This document shows positions 44,942 to 54,075 of a DNA stretch of 64,000 bases, piece by piece (within the stretch, counting starts at the first letter, position 1; each line of letters starts with the position of its first letter). The notes beneath the pieces are model-generated. The model was not told the DNA's origin and did not search any database. It saw only the letters and a program-made list of their open reading frames with translations. The stretch covers positions 115,055 to 179,054 of the IMG/VR virus record IMGVR_UViG_3300010352_001565. One strand, given 5' to 3'. The position numbers and the translations under genes are program-made. Source of the DNA: a virus.

Positions 44942-45766
44942 CTAGATCACGTGGGGCTCAATCTTTCCAAGAGCTCCGGCCAGCTGTGTAAACGACGACC
45001 CTCTCGTTCCGATAATTTCCTCACACGCTCCTAGGGAGTAGAGATCACACAGCGCTTCAAACATCCCTTCTTTCGACGAGCGATCAACTCCGTTTTCTCC
45101 CCACGCCAGCTTGTTCTGAACCGTTACTCTGCTTCCGTATCTCCTGACAAAGTCTCGAGTCACATCCATGCTGTCTGTCGAGAGAAAGATTGGACGGCCG
45201 GCACAGGCATGATCGATCCTGCAGAAAAATGGCGTTGGCTTGTTTTCATGCCAGTTGACCGACCGCGCGTGGACCCCGACTGACCCGGGTTTCACTCGCG
45301 CGACGCTTGAGTCGATCAGCTTTTGAAGCGCGTCTGTCGGGACAAGCTTGCGAATCCGACTATGGATTTCTCCCATGGCCGTCCCATAGTCGTCGCCGCT
45401 AAACCTCGGGCTTCCCCACGAGCGGATCAGCACGATCGTCTCCCGGTCACGAACGTCTATCGGCTGCTCTGGGTTGTACACCTTCAGAGAGTGCGCAGTA
45501 TCGAGCATCCAGTAGAAGTCCCACTCGCTTATAAGGTGAACGTCCATCTTAAACAAATCGTTGAAGTTGCACCCCACACCGTCGCTTCCGTTTACCGGCC
45601 AATAGAGTGCCAAGTTTCGGCGTGTAACCTCGGCGATCCTCTGGCATCCTGCGAGAGTAAAGATTCTGTTGGATAGACCCGCGCTGCAAGTTGCATACAA
45701 GATCTCGTTTAATCCACTCGGATTCGTGTAGAAAGGCCACACCGCTTTTTCTTTGTAGTGATGCAT
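44942..45766 (-). CDS. GT11/GT23-like (fucosyltransferase-type) glycosyltransferase
   Basis: Minus-strand ORF trimmed to internal ATG (MHHYKEK..); N-terminal CSAGLSNRIFTLAGCQRIA resembles G-x-G-N-x-(L/M)F motif I; C-terminal GTRGSSFTQLAGALG resembles motif III (S-T-F-S..A). Confidence 0.5.
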   Translation of the reverse strand: MHHYKEKAVWPFYTNPSGLNEILYATCSAGLSNRIFTLAGCQRIAEVTRRNLALYWPVNGSDGVGCNFNDLFKMDVHLISEWDFYWMLDTAHSLKVYNPEQPIDVRDRETIVLIRSWGSPRFSGDDYGTAMGEIHSRIRKLVPTDALQKLIDSSVARVKPGSVGVHARSVNWHENKPTPFFCRIDHACAGRPIFLSTDSMDVTRDFVRRYGSRVTVQNKLAWGENGVDRSSKEGMFEALCDLYSLGACEEIIGTRGSSFTQLAGALGKIEPHVI

Positions 45767-45812
45767 CAGAGTATGAGAACGTGTACGTATATAGACTGCA
45801 CCGGAAAGATTT

Positions 45813-46121
45813 ATGAGCGAGAAGATGCGAGAGTTGTTGACCGAGGGCGGGCTGGTTAAGACCCCGTTGGTCGCGGTTTCAGGATGGTTCACCCGGAAGT
45901 GCATAATGCTTTCGGACTGGATGACTTGGGACCACTTTAAAATGTACGCAGAACGCTTTATTCTTATCGCCACTGCAGTCACAGTTGGGATTCATCTGCT
46001 AAACGCTCTCATAAAGCAATACTGGTGCAAGGCGAGACTTTCCGGGAAAAAAGGCGATTGCAAGTTGTGCAAGCTGTACGGCCGCTCTCTGTGCCCCAAA
46101 GGGATAAAAGACGAGGATTAA
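45813..46121 (+). CDS. small membrane protein, Cys-rich C-terminus
   Basis: FILIATAVTVGIHLLNALI TM; CKLCKLYGRSLCP. Confidence 0.35.
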   Translation: MSEKMRELLTEGGLVKTPLVAVSGWFTRKCIMLSDWMTWDHFKMYAERFILIATAVTVGIHLLNALIKQYWCKARLSGKKGDCKLCKLYGRSLCPKGIKDED

Positions 46122-46140
46122 AAATTCTCGCAAAAAAGTG

Positions 46141-46168
46141 TTTACATTTTTCCGTGGCGTGATATAGT
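46141..46168 (+). promoter_or_regulatory. sigma70-like promoter P8 (TTTACA-N16-TGaTATAGT), ATG 8 nt downstream
   Basis: caaaaaagtgTTTACAtttttccgtggcgTGaTATAGTgctctcatATG. Confidence 0.6.
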
Positions 46169-46176
46169 GCTCTCAT

Positions 46177-47310
46177 ATGAGTAACGTATCACCGCAGCAA
46201 GTCGCCTCTGTAATGAGGCTCACGGACAACCAGCTCAAAGCCGAATATTGGATCGGCAATAAGACTGGCCACTTGTTCAGGATCATCCGTATCGAAGGAA
46301 ACGGTTCCGCCCGCGAGGTCACCTACTGCGCTCCCGGCCAGCAAGAGACCTATACGAAGCCTCTTGACAAGTTCGCCAAAATCTTCCACCAAGCTGATCG
46401 CGACGAGATCTACTCTATTCTCGCTCCGCTGATTCAGCCTGTCGGTGAGGATGAAGCTGTTGGTCTGCTTATTGAACCCGACCAACGCCACGACTTCGGC
46501 CGCATCATCCTCCACGAGGAAACCCGCTTAGCCATCTCCACCGGTCTGAAGCGCATTCAAAACCGCGACGCCATGGAGCAAGTTTGGGGTCTGAGCGCCA
46601 TTGAGCCTCTCGGCAACCGCTGCATCTTGAACGGCTGGGGATTGCCCGGCACCGGCAAGACGCTCGCCTGCTACTGCATCGCTCGCATGCTTGAGAAGAA
46701 AGTCTATCAGGTCGACTACTCTGCCATCATTTCAAAGCAGCTTGGTGACACTGCCAAGCACATTGTGGCTGCGTTCGCTGCTGCCAAAAAACACGACGCC
46801 ATCTTGCTTTTCGACGAAGCAGACTCTCTTGTGTCTCGCCGCATCGAGATAGCCATGAGCACGTCGTTCGCGACCAGCATCAACCAAAACCGCAACGTGT
46901 TCATGCAGGAGCTTGACCGCTATGACGGGATCGTTTACTTGACCACCAACATGTTCGAGAACTACGACCCAGCCATGCTGCGCCGCATTGCTCGTCACAT
47001 CCCGTTCAATCTGCCCAATGCAGAAATGCGCCGGCAACTCTTTGCATGGCACCTCCCTCGCGTCGAGCGCGTCCGCATTAGCGATTGGACGAACATCTGC
47101 GCTTCGACAGAGGGCTTCTCTGGCGGCGACATCAAGAATGTTGTCATGAATTCGATCGACCGCGTCAGCATGAGCGAGGACCCGGAAACGTGGTATCTGA
47201 CTGAGGACGCTGTTCTCACTGAGGTTGGACTCATCAAGAGCTCCAAGGAACGCCACGCCCGGAACAACGGCCGCAATGACGAAGCCATCGCCGCAGCCAC
47301 CTTGAAATAA
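46177..47310 (+). CDS. AAA+ ATPase
   Basis: Walker A GLPGTGKT, Walker B ILLFDEADSL, sensor-1 TTN, arginine finger region MLRRI. Confidence 0.7.
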   Translation: MSNVSPQQVASVMRLTDNQLKAEYWIGNKTGHLFRIIRIEGNGSAREVTYCAPGQQETYTKPLDKFAKIFHQADRDEIYSILAPLIQPVGEDEAVGLLIEPDQRHDFGRIILHEETRLAISTGLKRIQNRDAMEQVWGLSAIEPLGNRCILNGWGLPGTGKTLACYCIARMLEKKVYQVDYSAIISKQLGDTAKHIVAAFAAAKKHDAILLFDEADSLVSRRIEIAMSTSFATSINQNRNVFMQELDRYDGIVYLTTNMFENYDPAMLRRIARHIPFNLPNAEMRRQLFAWHLPRVERVRISDWTNICASTEGFSGGDIKNVVMNSIDRVSMSEDPETWYLTEDAVLTEVGLIKSSKERHARNNGRNDEAIAAATLK

Positions 47311-47645
47311 TGCGAGTCGTCCAAACAGTTTCTCACTACGACGGTCGCGTCAGAAAGCGCGACAAGTGGACCTGGGCCGTCCGTCTCGACGGAACGGCCC
47401 AGGAGCTTAAAACCGTCCAGTATGTGGTCTATGAGCTGCACGAGTCCTACCGCGACCCGATTCAGATCGTGGACGACCCGCGGAACAACTTTAGGCTCTT
47501 CGGGGCATCCTACGGCTCATTTACGATTGGAGTTGAGATCTACTTCAAGCACGGGACTCCCGGCATGTCTGGGAAGAAACTGAAAGCGAAGATAAAGCTC
47601 CGCCTGTTTTACCCGACGGGGCTTTATCACCGAATTGAAGACTAG
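47310..47645 (+). CDS. hypothetical protein
   Basis: 111-aa ORF, ATGA overlap. Confidence 0.4.
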   Translation: MRVVQTVSHYDGRVRKRDKWTWAVRLDGTAQELKTVQYVVYELHESYRDPIQIVDDPRNNFRLFGASYGSFTIGVEIYFKHGTPGMSGKKLKAKIKLRLFYPTGLYHRIED

Positions 47646-48526
47646 TCCGCCATGATGGCCTGGACTTTAACCTTTCCAGTCGAGGCCTCTGATTCTCCGT
47701 AGTAGAAACGGAGCCACACCGCGCCGGTCGGTTTAGGAGGACCGCCGCGCTCGATGTGCCAGCCTTCAGAACCATCCGCAAACTCATCCTTGTAACCCGG
47801 CGTCTTAATGTGAAGCTGGGTGTCTTTGTAAATCACGCCAGAGTTGCTCAACCTCAACCTCTCGATCGGGAAGATCCATTCGTTGTGGGTGTGGCCTGTG
47901 CACACAATGTCGGCGTCAGGCAGGTACACCGACATGCGGTTTGTTTGGATCGTTCCTTTGGTAACCGGAGCGTCGCCTCCGTAGCCATGGTGGTAGTACA
48001 GTCGCTTGCTGAGCCGCTGCGTGCCGTGCACGGTAAACATGAACCGCATCCATCCAGAGAATCCTCCGATATAGATCGGGTTGTCGACAGGACGCATTGT
48101 GTTTAGGATCTGAACGAACCTCTCTGTCAGGTTTGTCTGATGATGCTTGAGAATGCTTCCCTCGTGGTTTCCTGGGGCAACAAGAGCAAAATTCTTAGCG
48201 TACGGTTTGTAAAAATCGGCGTTGTAGTTGACGAGCCTGTCGAGGTAGTTCGCTCCTCGAAGCTCGGGACGCATTTGACTTTCGTCAGCGCGCTTATCCC
48301 ATTTTCCTTGCATCGCACAGAAAAGATCCCCGTACTTCACGATCAGCGCGTCGCGCTTAAGCGCCTCATCGAGATGTTTCTTTTCAAGAGCATGATCGCA
48401 ATGAATGTTGTCGTGGTGTTCGTCAGATGAAAGTAAGACCCACTGTTCCCATCCCAATTTAACGTCATCGATGTACACTGACAATACATTCCGGGACTCC
48501 GACCTTAGCTGAATGGAGTTTTTCAT
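47642..48526 (-). CDS. calcineurin-like metallophosphoesterase
   Basis: SSDEHHDN, APGNHEG and GHTHNEWIF blocks (GDxHG / GNHE / GHxH metallophosphatase motifs); convergent with gene 47310. Confidence 0.65.
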   Translation of the reverse strand: MKNSIQLRSESRNVLSVYIDDVKLGWEQWVLLSSDEHHDNIHCDHALEKKHLDEALKRDALIVKYGDLFCAMQGKWDKRADESQMRPELRGANYLDRLVNYNADFYKPYAKNFALVAPGNHEGSILKHHQTNLTERFVQILNTMRPVDNPIYIGGFSGWMRFMFTVHGTQRLSKRLYYHHGYGGDAPVTKGTIQTNRMSVYLPDADIVCTGHTHNEWIFPIERLRLSNSGVIYKDTQLHIKTPGYKDEFADGSEGWHIERGGPPKPTGAVWLRFYYGESEASTGKVKVQAIMAD

Positions 48527-48593
48527 TAGGCGTTACGGTTCGTATTAACTACGCGTCTTTTTCTATTCGCTGAAAATAAACGAATTAAGGGGG

Positions 48594-48622
48594 TTTACAA
48601 GGTTTTGTTAACGTGCTACAGT
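48594..48622 (+). promoter_or_regulatory. sigma70-like promoter P14 (TTTACA-N17-TACAGT), uncertain
   Basis: gggTTTACAaggttttgttaacgtgcTACAGTATG; ATG abuts -10; divergent from minus-strand gene 47642..48526. Confidence 0.3.
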
Positions 48623-48946
48623 ATGAGGGTGGGCAAACAACTTAAACACCAAGTTGAAAGGAAACATATGAACATGACTGATCAAATAATCGCGGGTAAA
48701 CCGGCGGATGAAAAACTTCCTCCGCAGGCAAGGGAGATCGTAAAAGCAGTACGGGCGACGCACGGTGTTACGCTTGACCGGCTAGCCACCAAGTTGGATG
48801 GAAAGCTGAAGACTAAACAGCCTGTCAAGCGTATCATTTCGTTTTACATGCCCAGGCTGAAAAAAGGCGGATACTTGAAAGTCGCACACGCCAAGAAACA
48901 AGAGCCTCGCTCGAAGAAAATTCACGCTTCAGCGAAAGCAGCGTAG
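48623..48946 (+). CDS. small basic protein
   Basis: ATG within ORF 48605..48946; lysine-rich C-terminus. Confidence 0.4.
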   Translation: MRVGKQLKHQVERKHMNMTDQIIAGKPADEKLPPQAREIVKAVRATHGVTLDRLATKLDGKLKTKQPVKRIISFYMPRLKKGGYLKVAHAKKQEPRSKKIHASAKAA

Positions 48947-48956
48947 GTGTGGGGTG

Positions 48957-48986
48957 GGCCAGGGAGTTCGTCTCCCTGGCCTTTAT
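48957..48986 (+). terminator. rho-independent terminator
   Basis: ggccagggag-ttcg-ctccctggcc then TTTAT. Confidence 0.55.
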
Positions 48987-49157
48987 AGTCTACAAAACCA
49001 AATATGAAAAATCAGTTTACAAACAATCCGCGTGAACACAACAACGAAAACAACAATCCTGGTCGAACGCCCAGCATGGCTTGTCAACCTGCTGAAACTT
49101 CGAAAGACTCACCGATACAAACGGAAGATGCCTCGCAAGATCAAAGGTAGATAGTCT

Positions 49158-49580
49158 GTGAATGCGCGCACCATCATCGAGAATCTTGACATATTCGGAC
49201 GGACATTTGCCAGCGCTCCGCGGCACCGGACGCAAGCCGCTGTCGACCCGAACGACGCAAGGATGATGAGGCGCCTGACACCGGCCTCGACCGGAGCTCC
49301 GTACGGGCGCCGCCAACGGACCAGTGAGCCTCAGGCCGCTGGTTCGGCGGTGTGCTCAGAGTGCGGCGTCAGAACCGAGAAGATCGCATTCCGCAAGGAT
49401 GCTAAAAACTGGATCTGCAATCAGTGCTACAGCCCGATCTCCGAGTCGATATTCACCGACAACGAGTTTGTGAGATCCACCATTGCGGCTGGGTACAACC
49501 GTAAACCAGCCCCATTCAAATCCGAACCTCAGACAATTTCCGACTTTCAGGCAAAGCTCGCCGCTCTTAAAGGTGCGTAG
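49158..49580 (+). CDS. zinc-ribbon protein
   Basis: CSECG..(19 aa)..CNQC. Confidence 0.4.
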   Translation: MNARTIIENLDIFGRTFASAPRHRTQAAVDPNDARMMRRLTPASTGAPYGRRQRTSEPQAAGSAVCSECGVRTEKIAFRKDAKNWICNQCYSPISESIFTDNEFVRSTIAAGYNRKPAPFKSEPQTISDFQAKLAALKGA

Positions 49581-49590
49581 TTAGGGGGTG
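49578..49590 (+). promoter_or_regulatory. late-type motif TAGTTA-N4-GTG (TAG is stop of upstream gene)
   Basis: gcgTAGTTAgggGGTG. Confidence 0.5.
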
Positions 49591-51444
49591 AGCTCAGCCA
49601 AAGCACTGCTCGAAGGCCTTGTACAGGAGTCGGTAACGTACCGACTTCCAGCGTCTAAAAACGTCCTGTTTTACGATTTCTACGCCCTCGCCTATCTTCA
49701 GAGCCTTCAACTCGATCCTGAAGCGAAAGGTTCAGACTCTTTCAAAGGAGCTTCTCAAACGTCGTTCACTACCAGAGACTCTGTTTCGCGCGATGTTGAA
49801 CACGCTGCTGGGGTGCTAATTCCGTACCTTAGAAAAGAGCTTAGTAACGCCACCTTCTTGAGCATCTGCGCCGAGATCCGGCACCTGTTTGACAACCATC
49901 AAAGTCCAGAGTTCTGGCAGACGATGACGAATCACCGCCTGTTCAGGTTGTACGCGAGGAAGCAGGCGGAGGCTGTTAGTAGCATATCAAACCTTCCAGG
50001 AGTCAACCGTCCAGTTAGGACACCTCCCGTTTCAGGAACTCAGCCAGGATACGACAAGGCCATGAAAGCGGCCATCTGGGCCATCAAGAAAGGTGGCTCC
50101 ACGATGGGCGAGTTTGTCAGGCTGGCTAGGTATGCGTTCCAGCGCGGTCACTGGAGCTCGTCATACGGCGGTAAGGCGTGGGCTAACATCTGCGATGGAT
50201 GGGAGATGCTCAACTCGGACAAGTCAAACGACCTCAAGTCTGCCGCTGTCGCGATAGACCACGTGTTCGACATGCAGCACAACACGGGCACGGTGCTCAA
50301 CAAAGTCCAGGAGTATGCAATCAACGGCGGCTATGGCTGGCTTTCAGGAGCGTTGAACTACAAGGCAAGCGTTAAATCGATACATGCGCTCCTTGACAGG
50401 TGCTCGAGTGACATGCGCAAACTTTCTAAGGTGGCGTTGAAATCAGCTGGAATACCTGATGAGCACGAGCCTCCTCCGAAGACTCTCAAGCTTGCTGGGT
50501 ATAACGCACAGCCTCCTGACCCTCCGTTGCACGGCAAAGTTGGAGTGGTAGACTCCGCAGGAAACTTCCAGACCACCGCCATAAACCTTACCGGAAGATT
50601 CAAATTCCCGGAAGGAGCGATCGGAAACATTGACGCTCCCGCATGCACGGTTATCAGCGGACCTATAACGTTCCCTGAAAAGTGCAAGAGGCTTTACTTT
50701 CCGAATCTCGTAGCAGCGTCGTTTGACATCGTGTTTCCTCACGAGTGCGAGACCATCAGCATGCCGCGCATTCAACATCCTCACTTTAAAAATCTCCCAT
50801 TTAAGTGCCAAGACTTAAATTTTCTTGGCGCTCTAAGCTTACCGTCGGGATTCGCATTTCCAAAAGTGTGCGGCGACGTCTATCTGAAAAGCTTGAAGCA
50901 CTTTCCGATGAATGTGGTATGGCCAGAAAAGTGCGGCTCTTTTCATCTTGACAGCATGAAAAGCGAAGAGCTTTTGAAGTTCGAAAACCTTCCACAAGCA
51001 CACTTTCTATGCCAGGACAAAATGGTGAACGGGATAGCTCAGGTGGCGCCTAAAGGAGACGAGCCCAAAACTGAAAAGACGCCTCACTGGGTTAAGGAGT
51101 TCGGACCTGAGTACGCTGTTCCTATTGAGCTATACAACAACTCTGATTTTGTGGATGGCTCGTGGCACAACGATGCATGCCCTAGTTTTTACTACCACCT
51201 GAGCGAAGACCTTATAATTTACTGCGAGCACCCTGATCCAGACAAGCGCGAAGATACCTGCAGCGCAAGGTTCACGGCGTGCAGTACCAACGAGTTCTCA
51301 GGCTTTGTTACTTTCTACGAAGGGGACGACGTGCGACGCGCCATGGAAGCGATCAAGAAGGCGTACAAAGAAGGACCACCGAAACAGCAGGAACCGCCAA
51401 GCCAAGAGCCTCCGGCTGGACCCAACCTAAACATCAAAATCTAG
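49588..51444 (+). CDS. 618-aa paralog of gene 13669 N-terminal module, with C-terminal Cys-containing leucine-rich-type repeats
   Basis: N-terminal ~450 aa collinear with 13669 (many identical blocks); C-terminus has repeated F(P)xxC..L..(I/V)..P units (BspA-type LRR-like). Confidence 0.6.
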   Translation: MSSAKALLEGLVQESVTYRLPASKNVLFYDFYALAYLQSLQLDPEAKGSDSFKGASQTSFTTRDSVSRDVEHAAGVLIPYLRKELSNATFLSICAEIRHLFDNHQSPEFWQTMTNHRLFRLYARKQAEAVSSISNLPGVNRPVRTPPVSGTQPGYDKAMKAAIWAIKKGGSTMGEFVRLARYAFQRGHWSSSYGGKAWANICDGWEMLNSDKSNDLKSAAVAIDHVFDMQHNTGTVLNKVQEYAINGGYGWLSGALNYKASVKSIHALLDRCSSDMRKLSKVALKSAGIPDEHEPPPKTLKLAGYNAQPPDPPLHGKVGVVDSAGNFQTTAINLTGRFKFPEGAIGNIDAPACTVISGPITFPEKCKRLYFPNLVAASFDIVFPHECETISMPRIQHPHFKNLPFKCQDLNFLGALSLPSGFAFPKVCGDVYLKSLKHFPMNVVWPEKCGSFHLDSMKSEELLKFENLPQAHFLCQDKMVNGIAQVAPKGDEPKTEKTPHWVKEFGPEYAVPIELYNNSDFVDGSWHNDACPSFYYHLSEDLIIYCEHPDPDKREDTCSARFTACSTNEFSGFVTFYEGDDVRRAMEAIKKAYKEGPPKQQEPPSQEPPAGPNLNIKI

Positions 51445-51508
51445 CCAAAAATGGCCAAAACCGGCTAAGTTGTTCATTTCGAACATACCTTTTGTCAACC
51501 CGGGCATG

Positions 51509-51537
51509 TTTACATTATTTTGGATTCGTGCTATTAT
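51509..51537 (+). promoter_or_regulatory. sigma70-like promoter P16 (TTTACA-N18-TATTAT)
   Basis: catgTTTACAttattttggattcgtgcTATTATtacgagtATG. Confidence 0.4.
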
Positions 51538-51544
51538 TACGAGT

Positions 51545-51751
51545 ATGAGCACGATCAAAAAGACTCAAAGAAGTTCGGGTGGAACATCAGTACTCTCTTT
51601 CAGAATCCCTGACGACCAGCGCACAACTCTTAACCAGCTGGCCGCAACAAGTCTAATCGTCGGGGTTCATTCTGGAGAGCAGCTCGCCCGGCAGATTGTG
51701 ACTGACTTCATTGCTGGAAAAATACGCTATCCGCAAACTCAGCAAGCGTAA
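51545..51751 (+). CDS. small putative ribbon-helix-helix DNA-binding protein
   Basis: 68 aa; SFRIPDDQRTTLNQLA (beta-strand + helix typical of RHH/CopG/MobC-type N-termini). Confidence 0.4.
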   Translation: MSTIKKTQRSSGGTSVLSFRIPDDQRTTLNQLAATSLIVGVHSGEQLARQIVTDFIAGKIRYPQTQQA

Positions 51752-51779
51752 ACGTTTTGAAGCTCAGAACCAAAAAGTG

Positions 51780-51808
51780 TTTACATTTTAGCGTTAATGT
51801 GGTAGTAT
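51780..51808 (+). promoter_or_regulatory. sigma70-like promoter P9 (TTTACA-N17-TAGTAT), ATG 6 nt downstream
   Basis: caaaaagtgTTTACAttttagcgttaatgtggTAGTATtaccgcATG. Confidence 0.5.
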
Positions 51809-51814
51809 TACCGC

Positions 51815-52255
51815 ATGACGTTAAAACAAACTATATTGGTCACTGCTGTATCCATCACTTTACTTAGTTCGATGGACTCAACTGCAAAATCACAAGAAAT
51901 CGTAGCGGCTGTCCTGATCGCTGAAGCTGGGGGAGAAGGAGTTCAGGGAATGGAAGCCGTCTACGAGATCATCAACAACAGGTCCGTTCGTGGAAAGAAA
52001 TCGTACGAAGACGTAGTCACGCAGCCCGCACAGTTCTCGTGCTTGAACGGAGTCACCACCGACGATCTGATCGCAAAGTCAAAGCAGCATCCTCGCTGGG
52101 AACAAGCGCTTCAGATGGTCAAGTCGCCTCCGACTACTCGATATGCGAATGGGGCGACTCACTATTACGCGAACTGGATCAAGAAGACTCCGAAGTGGGC
52201 AGTGGGAAAAACCCCCGTTGCTACACTTGGAAAGCACCTCTTCTTCAGGATCTAG
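51815..52255 (+). CDS. SleB-like cell-wall hydrolase (Hydrolase_2 family) with N-terminal signal/anchor; endolysin candidate
   Basis: Signal-like N-terminus; AEAGGEGVQGMEAVYEIINNR .. QPAQFS .. THYY blocks typical of SleB/CwlJ cell wall hydrolase domain. Confidence 0.6.
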   Translation: MTLKQTILVTAVSITLLSSMDSTAKSQEIVAAVLIAEAGGEGVQGMEAVYEIINNRSVRGKKSYEDVVTQPAQFSCLNGVTTDDLIAKSKQHPRWEQALQMVKSPPTTRYANGATHYYANWIKKTPKWAVGKTPVATLGKHLFFRI

Positions 52256-52267
52256 TTCTTAGGTCGC

Positions 52268-52771
52268 ATGAACACAAAGTGGTCGACGTTCGTGCGACTA
52301 GATCTTCAAGACAGAGACCTCAAAGGTCTTGGTGCAGCTGGGATCATTTCCCAGAAAGCAGATGAAACATGGGTCAACTCCACCTACATGGTGACCCTAA
52401 CCCGAGACGTTCCTGTTGGTCAAGGCTGGACATCCAAGATGATCCGGCTCACCATCAAGCGTCGCGACAAGAAACCCATCCATGACTGGCGCGACATGCA
52501 GCGCATCAAAAACGAGCTTGTCGGTGCTGAGCACGAAGCCATGGAAATGTTCCCTGCCGAGGAGCGCCTGGTAGACACTTCAAACGTCTTCTTCCTGTTT
52601 GTGTTCGCTGACCCAAAGGTTCGCTGGCCGTTCGGCTTCGCGACCAGGTGGGTCAACAACGTTTCGGAGAATGGAAGTGTCCAACGCCCATTCCCTCTCG
52701 ACGACATGCCAAAGGATTGCATGACCGCCGCGCAATATCAGGAATTCCGTGCAACGCAAAAGGAACAATGA
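52268..52771 (+). CDS. hypothetical protein
   Basis: 167-aa ORF, ATGA overlap with thyA. Confidence 0.45.
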   Translation: MNTKWSTFVRLDLQDRDLKGLGAAGIISQKADETWVNSTYMVTLTRDVPVGQGWTSKMIRLTIKRRDKKPIHDWRDMQRIKNELVGAEHEAMEMFPAEERLVDTSNVFFLFVFADPKVRWPFGFATRWVNNVSENGSVQRPFPLDDMPKDCMTAAQYQEFRATQKEQ

Positions 52772-53697
52772 AGCAATACCATGACCTCCTTCGCTTGATT
52801 CTCAACGAAGGAAAAATAACAACCGACCGCACTGGCACAGGCACGCAGTCTGTGTTTGGTGCTCAAGCCCGCTTTCCTCTGAAAGATGGCTTCCCACTTC
52901 TCACCACCAAGAAGCTTTACACGAAAGCTATCATCCACGAGCTTCTTTGGTTTATACGCGGGGTCGCAAAGCCAGGCGACCCGATGATGCTCAACTACCT
53001 GAAAGATAACGGCGTCACCATCTGGGATGAGTGGGCAGATGAAAACGGAAGCCTTGGCCGCGTCTACGGCGCCCAATGGCGAGATTGGATCGGCGTTGAT
53101 CCTAACACTGGAAGCGTGACGCATACCGACCAGCTCGATGCTTTGATCAAGCGCCTGATCAGTAAGCCAGACGACCGCCGCCTCATCGTCACTGCCTGGC
53201 AGCCTTCTGAGGTCCACTGCATGGGGCTCCCCTCGTGCCACTGCTTCTTCCAGCTGAAAGCGTATCCGCTGACGCTTGAAGAGCGGATCGCCGAATTCCA
53301 TCGCCGAAATCCTTCTGTCGACGCGTTTATCAGCAATGACTCTGACCTCGAGCGCTACGACATTCCGAAGCACAGTCTCGATCTTCAGCTATACCAGCGC
53401 AGCTGCGACACTTTCCTTGGCGTGCCATTCAACATTGCATCATACGCGCTGCTGACCATGATGATTGCCCAGGTCGCCAATATGATGCCCGGAACTTTCA
53501 TTCACACCTATGGTGACCTTCACCTGTATCTCAATCACATCGAACAGGCTAAGCTGCAGCTCACCCGCGATTGCCGCCCGCTTCCGAAGATGGTTATCAA
53601 CCCGAATGTCAAAGACATTAACCAGTTCACCTACGAGGACTTCAAACTCGAAGGATATGATCCCCACCCAACCATCAAAGGCGAAGTCTCTGTATAG
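52768..53697 (+). CDS. thyA: thymidylate synthase (canonical ThyA type)
   Basis: [16 protein letters not shown], catalytic LPSCHCFFQ (Cys), [21 protein letters not shown]; ORF 52648 trimmed to MKQYHDL with AAGGAA SD-like 4 nt upstream. Confidence 0.8.
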   Translation: MKQYHDLLRLILNEGKITTDRTGTGTQSVFGAQARFPLKDGFPLLTTKKLYTKAIIHELLWFIRGVAKPGDPMMLNYLKDNGVTIWDEWADENGSLGRVYGAQWRDWIGVDPNTGSVTHTDQLDALIKRLISKPDDRRLIVTAWQPSEVHCMGLPSCHCFFQLKAYPLTLEERIAEFHRRNPSVDAFISNDSDLERYDIPKHSLDLQLYQRSCDTFLGVPFNIASYALLTMMIAQVANMMPGTFIHTYGDLHLYLNHIEQAKLQLTRDCRPLPKMVINPNVKDINQFTYEDFKLEGYDPHPTIKGEVSV

Positions 53698-53700
53698 CAT

Positions 53701-54057
53701 ATGTTTCGCGAAAAAATACTAGCCGTAGTTCGCGTTGAGTTTGCTGAACCCGTCACTGTAAACCTGACGGCTGCAAGCTCGCACGAGCCGGATCTTGTCA
53801 CTATCAATTTCGGATCTGCTTCCGAATTTCCGCTGAACCGCCTTGAGAATCTCAAGAAAGGATCGATTGTCACGATTTACACTCGTCTTCCAAAGAGCCG
53901 CGTGTTGTGGCCCTGGTCTTTTCGCGTGAACCGCCAAGGCCAATCGATGGCATCGCGCCATAAACCGGCAGGATGGCAAGTAGCATTTTCTCCATCCGTA
54001 GGAGATCCTGTCACAATTGAGATTGTGAGCATGGACATAACCGCATCAACTGTATAA
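53701..54057 (+). CDS. hypothetical protein
   Basis: 118-aa ORF. Confidence 0.4.
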   Translation: MFREKILAVVRVEFAEPVTVNLTAASSHEPDLVTINFGSASEFPLNRLENLKKGSIVTIYTRLPKSRVLWPWSFRVNRQGQSMASRHKPAGWQVAFSPSVGDPVTIEIVSMDITASTV

Positions 54058-54075
54058 GTAGTTCTTTAGTACTTT

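Noticed and set aside
46732-47256. 174-aa minus-strand ORF antisense to the AAA+ ATPase
   Set aside because: It is antisense to a gene with Walker A/B motifs, so it is a shadow ORF.
49011-49157. Possible promoter using TTTACA at 49015 upstream of gene 49158
   Set aside because: A -35-like TTTACA is present, but no acceptable -10 hexamer lies 16-18 nt downstream and the ATG is about 140 nt away. This is unlike all the other copies, so it is probably a chance hexamer.
52648-52767. N-terminal 40-aa extension of the thyA ORF
   Set aside because: The extension overlaps the upstream gene. MKQYHDL is the conserved ThyA N-terminus and has an SD-like AAGGAA 4 nt upstream.
52738-53373. 211-aa minus-strand ORF antisense to thyA
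   Set aside because: It overlaps a highly conserved thymidylate synthase, so it is a shadow ORF.
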